A DNA stretch of 64,000 bases from Deltaproteobacteria bacterium (lineage in GTDB: Bacteria > SAR324 > NAC60-12). The position numbers and the translations under genes are program-made. Of this stretch, positions 1 through 9,161 are shown piece by piece (positions within the stretch are counted from its first letter, which is position 1; each line of letters begins with the position of its first letter). The DNA is taken from the NCBI GenBank assembly GCA_038133845.1, contig JAYPUA010000002.1, positions 61,912 through 125,911 on the forward strand, in the 5' to 3' direction. The notes beneath the pieces were generated by a model. The model searched no databases. It was not told where the DNA came from and worked only from the letters and a program-made list of their open reading frames with translations.

Positions 1-712
1 TCTCCCCAAAGAATTGCCTCTCCCTGATTGCCTGTATGCCCGAAGTAGTCCATTCCGGCGAGTTCGGGGATGAAGCGCTCCAGCAGTCCGGGGTTCCCAC
101 CATAACCGTTGCAGGCCAGCACCAGTGCGCGGCACCCGACTAGCTCGGAGGAACCATCCGGACGACTCACCCGCACGCCTCGCACGTGCTGTGCGTTGTC
201 GACGTACAGATCCGAGACCGTAGCCTCGGTGAGCAGGTCGATGCTCTGCTGTCGGGTCGCATTGAGCAGGCGCTGAAGCAGGGCGGATCCGGTATGCTCG
301 GGAACGGCATGCATGCGCAGCACGGAGTGTCCCGGATAGAGAAAGCCCTGCAACAGCTCAAAGACGAGGCCATGCGCATCGGCAAGCCACTCCAGGGTAG
401 GGCCAACCTGTGTTGTCATCTGCTCAACCAACTGCGGATTGGCCTTCCCATGAGCCTTCCCCTGGATATCCGAGGCAAACAGGCTCGGGGAGTCTTCGAC
501 CTGCAGCGCCGCCTGCCAGCGTGTCCCGGCGGCAGGGATCAGTCCGGAGGACAGCGAGGTGGAACCACTGGGCTTGGCATCGCGCTCAAGGACCAGCACC
601 TCCGCCCCTTGCTCCGCTGCCGCCAGAGCCGCAGTGAGTCCACAGGCTCCCGCCCCGACAACCAGGACCGGAACCTGGAGGTCAAACTCCACCCCGGATG
701 CAGAGAGCACGC
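1..712 (-). CDS. FAD-dependent oxidoreductase, fumarate reductase/succinate dehydrogenase-flavoprotein-like (KstD/TcuA-like). N-terminal part only; gene runs off the window start
   Basis: Reverse-strand translation from ATG at 712 reads MSVLSASGVEFDLQVPVLVVGAGACGLTAALAAAEQGAEVLVLERDAKPSGSTSLSSG..., a classic GxGxxG FAD dinucleotide-binding N-terminus; no stop before position 1; start abuts the stop of the upstream isochorismatase gene. Confidence 0.65.
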
Positions 713-1333
713 TCATCGCCCCTCCAGGACCTGAAGCGCCTCGGCGCAGGTCATCACGGTCGAGACGGTGGAGAGGTCGTCCAGGGCCGCCTGATGGACC
801 GCTTCCGAGAATGCAGCACAGCCATCGCTGAGGACTGCGGTCCGGAAGTCCCGGACGTGTGCATCCCGGACCGTGGAGGCCACGCCTCCGTTGGTGACGA
901 TTCCGGAAAACAGCAGCGCCTCAATGCCGGCGCGACGCAGCACCCACTCCAGCCGGCTCATGTAGAACGCGCTGTAGGCGACCTTCTCCACGCTCAGGTC
1001 TGCGGGCTGGAGTTCGTCCACCAACTGCTGCCCCCAGGAGCCGGGTGCGAAGTCGCCTCTTCCCAGAAACGGACGCAGTTCCCGAAGGTGGTCAAGGATG
1101 AAGGGCTCTCCTCCCTTTCCGGGAACCAAGGTGAAGTGAGTCGAGACGACCCATCCTCCTTGCTGACGGACAGCCTCAATCAGAGGCCTCAGCCTGTGCG
1201 GAAGCTCGGCGATGCTCTGCGCCTTCTGTCCGGCGCGTCCGTAGGCACCTTCCGGGTGCAGAAAATCGTTTTGCAGGTCCACCAGGATCAGGGCCAAACT
1301 TTTCGGGGCCTGTTGTGAAAGCTTCAGCTTCAT
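713..1333 (-). CDS. isochorismatase-family cysteine hydrolase
   Basis: 206 aa; ILVDLQNDF motif and overall isochorismatase/CSHase fold signature; 4-nt overlap with upstream gene. Confidence 0.8.
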   Translation of the reverse strand: MKLKLSQQAPKSLALILVDLQNDFLHPEGAYGRAGQKAQSIAELPHRLRPLIEAVRQQGGWVVSTHFTLVPGKGGEPFILDHLRELRPFLGRGDFAPGSWGQQLVDELQPADLSVEKVAYSAFYMSRLEWVLRRAGIEALLFSGIVTNGGVASTVRDAHVRDFRTAVLSDGCAAFSEAVHQAALDDLSTVSTVMTCAEALQVLEGR

Positions 1334-3429
1334 GCGTTCTCCGGAAGAATGAGGAGGTTGCCGAAGCGGTCGACCTCGGCGGTCATGTCCGGTTCCAGAA
1401 AGATGGTGGTGTCCGGTTGTTCAAACAGGGCGGGTCCGGAGACACGTGCTCCCACAGGCAGGCGCAGGCGCTCATAGCGTTTGGCAGTGTGCCAGCCGCC
1501 TTCCACCCAGACCGGACGCTCTCCCACACAGCACGCCTCGGGCGCTACCTGATCCTTGGGGGCAAGCAGCGTCAGGTCCAGCTTCGGACGCTGGCCGATC
1601 ACCGCGCCCCGGAGGTTGAGGAGCCGGATGGGGAGGTTCTCCAGGATCCGCCCGTAGATTTCACGATATCGTGTTTCAAATGCCGTCCGGATGCGCTCCG
1701 GAGAGACCTCCAGCTCGGGAGGTGAACCGCCGGGAGCGAGCAGCTGCTGCACGATGGGGACCTCCACCGTGTGGGTTTGACCGAGGTAGGACATGTCCAG
1801 CTCAAAGCGTACCTCACGGCCCTCAAAGGTCACTCCGGAGGCTTCCAGCAACCGTGCTCCTTCTTGGGCAAAGGTCTCCATCGCAGAGCGCAGAGCCGCT
1901 ACCTCGAGCGAGTCAAGCAGAGAGTTGAAGGTCTGGACCCGGTCATGACGCATGTCGGCGATCACACAGCCGAGGGCGCTGGTCACTCCGGGATAGCGCG
2001 GAACCAGGGCCCGGGCCAGCCCAACCTCGCGGATCATCGCACAGACGTGCAGAGAGCCACCGCCTCCGAAGGGCATGGCCGCAAACTCCCGAGGGTTGTG
2101 CCCCTGTTCGACCGAAACCAGCCGGATCGCTCCGGCCATCTTCGAATTGGCAACCCGGATGATGGCTTCTGCGGCAGACATCACGTCCAGCCCCAGCGGC
2201 TCGGCGACATGCGTTTGAATGGCCGCCTTTGCCGAGTCCACATCCAGCCGGCTCAGCTTGCCTCCGATTGGACGATCCGCGTTGATGCGCCCCAGCACCA
2301 CGTTGGCGTCGGTCACGGTGGGGCGAGTGCTCCCCAGCCCGTAACACACTGGACCGGGGTCAGAGCCCGCAGACTCCGGACCGACCTCCAGCAGCCCGCC
2401 TCGATCCACGTAGGCGATCGAGCCCCCTCCAGCACCGATGGTGGTGATCTGGATCATCGGAGTCCGGACGACCATCCCGAAGCCGATGGAGGTCTGTGCG
2501 GCCAGCGCACTCTCACCGCCCTTGACCAGCGAGACGTCGAAACTGGTCCCCCCCATATCGCAGCTGATCACATTGGGGAAGCCCGCCTCGCTCCCGATGT
2601 AGGCGCTGGCGATTACTCCTGCCGCAGGCCCGGAGAGAGCGGTACGGACCGGAAAGCGCTCCGCCGTCTCCACACTCATCACACCTCCGTTGCTCTGGAC
2701 AATGAGCAGCTCTCCCGAAAAGTTCTCCTGGCGCATGCTGTGGTCCAGGTTCTCCAAGTAGCGGCTCACCTTTGGCTGCAGGTAGGCGTTCAGAGTGGTG
2801 GTGGACACGCGCTCAAACTCGCGGATCTCCGGGAGGATTTCGTGGCTGGCGCTGACGTGAGGGTTTGGCCATAGCTTTCGGACCCGCTCCACAGCCTTGC
2901 GCTCGTTCTCCGCATTTGCGTACGCGTTAATGAAGAACACGGAGACGGCCTCCACACCTGCCTCCAGCAGCACTTGAACCTGCGCCTCCACCTCGCCCAG
3001 GTCGACCTCGGTGTGCAGCGTGCCATCGGCCAGAACCCGCTCCGAGACCTCCAGCCTGAGATTTCGCGGCACAACCGGGTCGTACTGCCCCCAGAGTCCC
3101 CAGGTCTGCGGGCGATCCCGGCGGCGCATTTCCAGGACATCCCGGAAGCCCACCGTGGTCAGAATTCCGGTTTTGGCTCCGCCTCGACTGAGCAGGGCGT
3201 TGGTGCCCACCGTGGTTCCATGGACCACCGTCTTGATGCGGGTCAGCTCCGGAGCGTGCGCGTGAAGCCCCTCGAGGAAGCCCACCGACTGGTCTGTCGG
3301 AGTGGACGGGACCTTGGCCACCTGAATCTGCTGCTGGGCTTCATCCAAAAAGAACACGTCCGTGAAGGTTCCACCGACGTCAACACCAATGATCATGACT
3401 CCTTTCTGCAAGAGTGCGGTCTGTTTCAA
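1330..3429 (-). CDS. hydantoinase A / N-methylhydantoinase A / acetone-carboxylase-beta family ATPase (HyuA-like), with no partner B subunit adjacent
   Basis: 699 aa; GVDVGGTFTDVF N-terminus, DMGGTSFDVSLV and GAGGGSIAYV motifs typical of the hydantoinase A / oxoprolinase N-domain. Confidence 0.85.
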   Translation of the reverse strand: MKQTALLQKGVMIIGVDVGGTFTDVFFLDEAQQQIQVAKVPSTPTDQSVGFLEGLHAHAPELTRIKTVVHGTTVGTNALLSRGGAKTGILTTVGFRDVLEMRRRDRPQTWGLWGQYDPVVPRNLRLEVSERVLADGTLHTEVDLGEVEAQVQVLLEAGVEAVSVFFINAYANAENERKAVERVRKLWPNPHVSASHEILPEIREFERVSTTTLNAYLQPKVSRYLENLDHSMRQENFSGELLIVQSNGGVMSVETAERFPVRTALSGPAAGVIASAYIGSEAGFPNVISCDMGGTSFDVSLVKGGESALAAQTSIGFGMVVRTPMIQITTIGAGGGSIAYVDRGGLLEVGPESAGSDPGPVCYGLGSTRPTVTDANVVLGRINADRPIGGKLSRLDVDSAKAAIQTHVAEPLGLDVMSAAEAIIRVANSKMAGAIRLVSVEQGHNPREFAAMPFGGGGSLHVCAMIREVGLARALVPRYPGVTSALGCVIADMRHDRVQTFNSLLDSLEVAALRSAMETFAQEGARLLEASGVTFEGREVRFELDMSYLGQTHTVEVPIVQQLLAPGGSPPELEVSPERIRTAFETRYREIYGRILENLPIRLLNLRGAVIGQRPKLDLTLLAPKDQVAPEACCVGERPVWVEGGWHTAKRYERLRLPVGARVSGPALFEQPDTTIFLEPDMTAEVDRFGNLLILPENA

Positions 3430-3575
3430 AAGCTCTGAAACAGCACGCTACCCCGAAAGTCGGGGAAGTGCCAGCACACATCGGTGTCAGGAGGAGAGGT
3501 TGGAGAAGCCTTGAGGGAAAAAGGCGGTGGCAGCAAGCGCCACCGCCCGGAAACTCCGGAGGTTCGTGAAGGGGA

Positions 3576-3606
3576 GCCGCCCTCCGGAGTCTGTTCAGAG
3601 GAGGGC
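3576..3606 (-). terminator. GC-rich inverted repeat overlapping the ppdK stop codon (possible terminator)
   Basis: gccgccctccggagtctgttcagaggagggc: 7-bp GC stem gccctcc/ggagggc around the ppdK stop; no clear U-tract. Confidence 0.3.
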
Positions 3607-6180
3607 TTGTGCGGCCGCAATGCGAGCTATGGGCACTCGGTAGGGGCTGCAGGAGACGTAGTCAAAGCCTGTCTCATGGCAGAAGCGGATGGAGCGCGGC
3701 TCACCACCGTGCTCTCCACAGATGCCCACGTGCAGTTCCGGGTTCACCTTGCGTGCCTCCTGGACGGCAACCTCGATCAAGGCCCCGACCCCACGCTGGT
3801 CCAGCACGGTGAAGGGGTCGTTCTCCAAGACCTTCTGCTCCAGGTATGCCGGAAGGAACTTGCCAACGTCATCCCGGGAGAAGCCATAGGTCATCTGCGT
3901 GAGGTCATTGGTCCCGAAGCTGAAGAACTCTGCCACCTCGGCAAACACCCCCGCTCGTACACAGGCCCTTGGGGTCTCCATCATCGTCCCAAGCTGATAT
4001 TCGATCCGCTCTCCGGAGCGCTCGAAGACGTGCTCCGCGGTCTCTCGAACCAGCGCCATCACGGTGTCCAGTTCACTTCGGGCGACCGTGAGTGGAATCA
4101 TGATTTCCGGCTGTGCCTCTGCACCGGCCTTGCGCGCTTCCAGAGCGGCCGAGAGGATCGCATCCACTTGCATCCGGGTAATCTCCGGCTGTGCCACCGA
4201 GAGCCGACATCCCCGGAAGCCCAGCATTGGGTTGACCTCTTCCAGCTCGGCGGCACGTTGCATCACGGCCTGCGGGTCCATGCTCAGCCGGCCGGCCAGC
4301 GCCCGGAGTTCTTTCTCTTCTTGCGGGAGAAACTCGTGGAGAGGCGGGTCCAGCAGGCGGACGGTCACCGGGAAGCCGGACATGATCTCAAAGAGCTGGC
4401 GCATGTCGGACTTCTGGAAGTTGCGGAGCCGGTCCAGGTGTCGCTGCCGCAACTCTGGAGAGTCGGCGAGGATCATTGCCCGGACGACATCGATACGCTC
4501 CGCATCAAAGAACATGTGCTCGGTTCGACAGAGCCCGATGCCTTCGGCTCCCAACTCGCGAGCTTTTGTGGTGTCTTCCGGGGTCTCGGCGTTGGCGCGA
4601 ACCCGTAAGCGTCGGTAGCGATCAGCCCAGCTCAAGACAGTCTGAAAGTCCGGATCGGCTTGGGCGCTAACGGTCGGGACCGTTCCCGGCATGACCTCTC
4701 CAGTAGTGCCATCAAGGGTGATCACCTCTCCCTCTGCAATGGAGGCACCTGACTCGGTGGTGAAGCGCTTGCCCGCAGCATCGACGGTGATCTCACCACA
4801 TCCGGCAATGCAGCACTTGCCCATTCCGCGGGCCACCACGGCCGCATGCGAAGTCATCCCGCCCAGCGCGGTCAGCAGGCCCTGAGCGGCCTTCATCCCG
4901 TGGATGTCTTCCGGAGTGGTCTCACGCCGCACCAGAATGACGTCCTCGCCACGAGCCGCCCATGCTTCTGCGTCGTCAGCAGAGAACACCACGCGCCCAG
5001 TGGCGGCTCCGGGGCTGGCCGGTAGCCCCTTGGCGAGGACATCACGATCGGCCTTCGAATCGATCATCGGATGGAGGAAATAGTCCATCTGGTTCGGGTC
5101 AATGCGCTTGAGCGCCTCACGCTCCTTGATCAGCCCCTCGGAGACCATGTCCACCGCGATCTTGACGGCCGCCTTCGGGGTACGCTTTCCGGTCCGAGTT
5201 TGCAGCATCCAGAGCTTGCCTTCCTCAATCGTGAACTCCAGATCCTGCATGTCCCGGTAGTGCATCTCCAGAATCTGCTGCATCCGGTAGAGCTGGGCAT
5301 AGAGGTCAGGCAGATCGCGCTGAAGCGTCTCCAGGGGCTCCGGAGTCCGGATGCCCGCGACCACGTCTTCCCCCTCGGCGTTCATCAGGTACTCGCCATA
5401 AAACACGCGGTCTCCGGTAGCCGGGTTGCGGGTGAAGGCCACGCCCGTTCCCGAGTTCAGGCTCCGGTTTCCATAGACCATTGCCTGAACGATCACTCCG
5501 GTCCCCAGGCTCTCCGGGATATCGTGAATCCGGCGGTAGCGCTTGGCGCGGTTGTTGTTCCAGGAGCGGAAGACCGCCTCGATCGAGCGCTCCAGCTGCT
5601 CCCGCGGATCGTCTGGAGGGGTGTGGATTTCCCGGAAGCGAGAGGCGATGACTTTCAGGTCTTCGGCGTTGAGGTCCAGATCGCTCTTCAAGCTCCGGGA
5701 GCGTTTGTACTCCTCCAGGATCTCCTCAAACGGCTCTGAACCCAGGCCTTCCACGACGTCGCCATACATCTGGATGAAGCGTCGGTAGGCATCGTAGACA
5801 AATCGTGGATTCCCGGAGGACTCTGCCCAGAGCCGGGCGATGGAGTCGTTCAGCCCCAGATTGAGGACAGTGTCCATCATCCCAGGCATGGAGACAGGGG
5901 CTCCGGAACGCACCGAGACCAGCAGAGGGTTGGAGGCGTCGCCAAAGCGTGCCTGATGCCGCTGCTCAATCTCCCGGATGGCCGCCCAGACCTCCTCCAT
6001 CACCCCATGGGGAAGGCGACCGATCCGGGCGTAATCCGCACAAACGCGAGTGGTCAGGATGAACCCGAACGGAACCGGAAGCTCCAGAGACGTCATCTCA
6101 CACAGATTTGCCCCCTTGCTTCCAAGAAGCATCCGGTCCTCCTTGCGCCCCTCTGTAAACAGCCAAACCTGCTTTTCCAT
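3595..6180 (-). CDS. ppdK: pyruvate, phosphate dikinase
   Basis: 861 aa; N-terminal LLGSKGANLCEMTSL...PVPFGFILTT PEP-utilising ATP-grasp domain, central phosphohistidine domain and C-terminal PEP/pyruvate domain (GICGEHGGEP), full-length match to PPDK. Confidence 0.95.
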   Translation of the reverse strand: MEKQVWLFTEGRKEDRMLLGSKGANLCEMTSLELPVPFGFILTTRVCADYARIGRLPHGVMEEVWAAIREIEQRHQARFGDASNPLLVSVRSGAPVSMPGMMDTVLNLGLNDSIARLWAESSGNPRFVYDAYRRFIQMYGDVVEGLGSEPFEEILEEYKRSRSLKSDLDLNAEDLKVIASRFREIHTPPDDPREQLERSIEAVFRSWNNNRAKRYRRIHDIPESLGTGVIVQAMVYGNRSLNSGTGVAFTRNPATGDRVFYGEYLMNAEGEDVVAGIRTPEPLETLQRDLPDLYAQLYRMQQILEMHYRDMQDLEFTIEEGKLWMLQTRTGKRTPKAAVKIAVDMVSEGLIKEREALKRIDPNQMDYFLHPMIDSKADRDVLAKGLPASPGAATGRVVFSADDAEAWAARGEDVILVRRETTPEDIHGMKAAQGLLTALGGMTSHAAVVARGMGKCCIAGCGEITVDAAGKRFTTESGASIAEGEVITLDGTTGEVMPGTVPTVSAQADPDFQTVLSWADRYRRLRVRANAETPEDTTKARELGAEGIGLCRTEHMFFDAERIDVVRAMILADSPELRQRHLDRLRNFQKSDMRQLFEIMSGFPVTVRLLDPPLHEFLPQEEKELRALAGRLSMDPQAVMQRAAELEEVNPMLGFRGCRLSVAQPEITRMQVDAILSAALEARKAGAEAQPEIMIPLTVARSELDTVMALVRETAEHVFERSGERIEYQLGTMMETPRACVRAGVFAEVAEFFSFGTNDLTQMTYGFSRDDVGKFLPAYLEQKVLENDPFTVLDQRGVGALIEVAVQEARKVNPELHVGICGEHGGEPRSIRFCHETGFDYVSCSPYRVPIARIAAAQALL

Positions 6181-6344
6181 AAAACCCTCCTTGCCATAGC
6201 ATTGTGTAAAACTGACAACATGTCTTGATCATAGCGCCAAGGCCGCGCTAGAGTACCCGCAAACATACCTAGGGAAAATACCTATGTTCCCGCGGCAATG
6301 CGCTCGATAAAGTACTGCCGCAGTTCCACTTGCCCTGACACGAC

Positions 6345-7379
6345 ATGGAAATCCTCTTTCTTCCCAAACCCAACCTCTCCGCCTTTCTGGAAGCGCTCAA
6401 CGCTCATGGCCGACTGGTGGTCCCGGCAGCCGCTGGAGAAGGCCAGTACCGGTATGTGGAGTACTCCGAACTCTCTGGACCGGAAGAGGTCGCCCTGGAG
6501 TTTCTCCGGACCACGCTTCCGCTGAAGAAGTACTTCTTTCCGGCAGAAGAGGTCCTCTCCACATTTTCCGAAGAGGAGGGCTACCAGGAGGCTCCTTTGG
6601 AGGAGGAGCCTCCGATCCTCTTTGGGCCACATCCGTGCGAGCTTCACGGGCTGCGGGTGACGGACCGCTTCTTTCAGGACGGCTACGGAGACTACCACTA
6701 CGAGCGTCGCCGCCAAGGAGCCAAGGTGATTGGACTGGGCTGCATGCCGGACGAGAAGTGCTTCTGCCAGAGCACCGGGACCGATCACGTGGAGGACGTC
6801 TATGACCTGTTTCTGTGGGAGATCGAGGCCGGCTTTGTGACCATGGTCCGCACCCCGGTGGGACACGCGCTGGTTCACCTGGAGCGCGACCTCTTCGAGC
6901 ACGTCCAACGCTCGCAGATTGTGGAGCACCAGAAGAAGCTTGAAGTCCGGAGAAGCTCGTTCAACCGGGTCCTCCCAATCAGCGACCTGCCCCAACTGCT
7001 CCGCTTTGAGGAAGACAGCCCGGCTTGGAAGGAGTTGGGAGATGCCTGCTTTGCCTGCGGAGCCTGCAGCATGGTCTGCCCAACCTGCACCTGCTTCACC
7101 GTCTTTGACCGCACGGAGCTCTCTGGAGAGAGCGGGGAGCGCGTCAGGCGTTGGGACTCCTGCCTGTTCCGGGACTTCACCCGCATCGCCGGAGATGAAC
7201 TGATGCGTCCGGACCGTGCGGCACGGGTCAGCAACCGTTACTACCACAAGGAGCAGGGCTTCGTCGAGCAGTTCGGCATGCCCTCCTGCACCGGATGCGG
7301 ACGTTGCGTGGACGCCTGCACTGCCGGGATCGACATCACCCAAGTCTTTGCAAAGGTTCGTGGAAGCTGTGAACGCTGA
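6345..7379 (+). CDS. hydB: 4Fe-4S subunit of a cytoplasmic NAD(P)-linked [NiFe] hydrogenase (sulfhydrogenase beta / AsrA-like)
   Basis: 344 aa; CFACGACSMVCPTCTC and CTGCGRCVDACTAGID ferredoxin-type cluster motifs; first gene of a four-gene hydrogenase operon. Confidence 0.75.
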   Translation: MEILFLPKPNLSAFLEALNAHGRLVVPAAAGEGQYRYVEYSELSGPEEVALEFLRTTLPLKKYFFPAEEVLSTFSEEEGYQEAPLEEEPPILFGPHPCELHGLRVTDRFFQDGYGDYHYERRRQGAKVIGLGCMPDEKCFCQSTGTDHVEDVYDLFLWEIEAGFVTMVRTPVGHALVHLERDLFEHVQRSQIVEHQKKLEVRRSSFNRVLPISDLPQLLRFEEDSPAWKELGDACFACGACSMVCPTCTCFTVFDRTELSGESGERVRRWDSCLFRDFTRIAGDELMRPDRAARVSNRYYHKEQGFVEQFGMPSCTGCGRCVDACTAGIDITQVFAKVRGSCER

Positions 7380-7431
7380 ATTAACACTATCGCCAATCAA
7401 AACCGGGAGGTCGCCGCGGCTACGCGATCCG

Positions 7432-8334
7432 ATGCTCCCCCGGACCGCCTGGCTGGTGGGCAAGGAGGAGCTGTTGCCGGACCACATGCTCTTTCGCTTC
7501 CGGCTCAAGCCCGGAGAGGACGGCCCGGATGGCTCGAACCACCGCCCAGGTCAATTCGTGATGCTCTCCGTGATCGGAGTGGGAGAGGTTCCGATTTCCA
7601 TCTGTCACGCCCCAGTCTCTCAGGCCATCCCGCCTGAAGAGCGTGAGCTGCGCCTGACCATCCGGCGTGTCGGACGTGTCACCCGGGCGCTCTTCGACCT
7701 CACCCCTGGAGCACGAGTGGGGCTGCGAGGACCTTACGGACGCGGGTTCCCGCTGGAGGACCTCCACGGCAACAGCCTGGTGATGATGGCCGGCGGTCTG
7801 GGAATGGCTCCGCTGAGGTCTCTGCTCGAGTACGCTCACCAGCACCGGGAGCGCTTCGGCGAGGACGTCCACCTGCTCTACGGAACCCGGGCGGTCGGGC
7901 AGCTGCTCTACCCGGAGGCGCTCAAGCAGATCAACCAGTCCGGAGGGGTTCAGGTGCACCTGGCCTGTGACCGAGTGCCGGCCCGAGAGGAGTCCTTGAG
8001 CGGCCTGCCTCTGATTCAGGGCAACCTTCTGGACCTGCTGGCCGAGCTTCCTCTGGAGCAAACTCGAACCCGCTTTGCCATCTGCGGACCGCCGGTGATG
8101 TACGGTTACGTGACGGATCGTCTGCGAGACATGAAGGTCTTCCCGGAGCACGTCTACGTGAGCCTGGAGCGGCGCATGGAGTGTGCGATTGGCAAGTGTG
8201 GACACTGTGCCATCGGCTACCGCTACACGTGTACGGACGGGCCCGTGTTTTCTGTCTGGGAAGCCAGAGGGTTGCGTGAAGCCTGGCAGCCGCCTTCCGG
8301 GAAGGATGACCCGTATCTGGGAGGATGGCGATGA
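7432..8334 (+). CDS. hydG: FAD/NAD(P)-binding, 2Fe-2S oxidoreductase subunit (sulfhydrogenase gamma / PyrK-like)
   Basis: Start re-picked to the ATG at 7432 (MLPRTAW...); upstream ORF-track residues overlap hydB out of frame. RPGQFVMLSVIGVGEVPISICHAP and C-terminal CAIGKCGHCAIG cluster motif. Confidence 0.75.
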   Translation: MLPRTAWLVGKEELLPDHMLFRFRLKPGEDGPDGSNHRPGQFVMLSVIGVGEVPISICHAPVSQAIPPEERELRLTIRRVGRVTRALFDLTPGARVGLRGPYGRGFPLEDLHGNSLVMMAGGLGMAPLRSLLEYAHQHRERFGEDVHLLYGTRAVGQLLYPEALKQINQSGGVQVHLACDRVPAREESLSGLPLIQGNLLDLLAELPLEQTRTRFAICGPPVMYGYVTDRLRDMKVFPEHVYVSLERRMECAIGKCGHCAIGYRYTCTDGPVFSVWEARGLREAWQPPSGKDDPYLGGWR

Positions 8335-9161
8335 AGCGAATCAAACCCCGAGTCGGTATTTTTGGACTCACCGGATGTGCCGGAGACCAGCTGGTGATCC
8401 TCAACTGCGAGGATGAGCTGGTCGACCTGGCGAGCCGGATTGAGATTGTCAAATTCGGAATGGCCTCGTCGGCAGGAGATCTGGAGGGACGGCTGGACCT
8501 GGCGATTGTGGAGGGTTCGGTCTGTACACAGCGGGATCTGGACCTGCTGCTGAATGTGCGCTCCAAGTCCGCTGCGCTGCTGGCGATCGGGACCTGTGCA
8601 GTCTGGGGAGGTATTCCGGCGATGCGGAACGAGCTGCCGCTCGAGCTGCTGCAGAAGCTGGTGTACGAGGGCAAGGACCTGGACGAGATCAACCTGGAGC
8701 AGGCTCATCCGGTGAGCGACTTTGTTCCGGTGGACTTTGCGGTTCCAGGATGTCCGATTGAGAAAGAGGAGTTCCTGAACACCCTGATTGCGATCTTGCA
8801 ACGGACCACTCCGGAGCGTCACGACTACTCCGTGTGCTCGGAGTGCCGGATTGCGGAGAACCTCTGTCTGGTGAAGACTCGGGGGATCGTCTGCTGTGGA
8901 CCAATCAGCGCCGGAGGCTGCAAGGCGCGCTGTCCCAGCCTGGGAGTTCCGTGCTACGGCTGCCGTGGGCCGGTGGACGAGCCGCATTATGATGCCACTG
9001 CCCAGCTCTTCAGTGAGCATGGCCTCAGCAAGGCCGATGTGATTGAGCAGATTCAGCGGTACTCCGCTCCCGCCTGGGTCAACCACCACCTGCGCCGGGA
9101 GTGGGCCGAAGACCCGGAACGGCGCGGACGCCAGCGTATTCCCTCTTCCGAGTCAGCTTAA
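8325..9161 (+). CDS. hydD: [NiFe] hydrogenase small (delta) subunit, group 3 type
   Basis: IGTCAVWGG, YSVCSECR, GCKARCPSLGVPCYGCRG motifs match group-3 small subunits; GGAGG SD before ATGGCGATG (start 8325 or 8331); TAATG stop/start overlap with the large subunit. Confidence 0.8.
   Translation: MAMKRIKPRVGIFGLTGCAGDQLVILNCEDELVDLASRIEIVKFGMASSAGDLEGRLDLAIVEGSVCTQRDLDLLLNVRSKSAALLAIGTCAVWGGIPAMRNELPLELLQKLVYEGKDLDEINLEQAHPVSDFVPVDFAVPGCPIEKEEFLNTLIAILQRTTPERHDYSVCSECRIAENLCLVKTRGIVCCGPISAGGCKARCPSLGVPCYGCRGPVDEPHYDATAQLFSEHGLSKADVIEQIQRYSAPAWVNHHLRREWAEDPERRGRQRIPSSESA

Noticed and set aside
6282-7508. 408-aa minus-strand ORF overlapping hydB/hydG
   Set aside because: Antisense to a recognisable Fe-S protein gene; composition Arg/Gly/Leu-rich and no motifs. 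High-GC antisense open frame.
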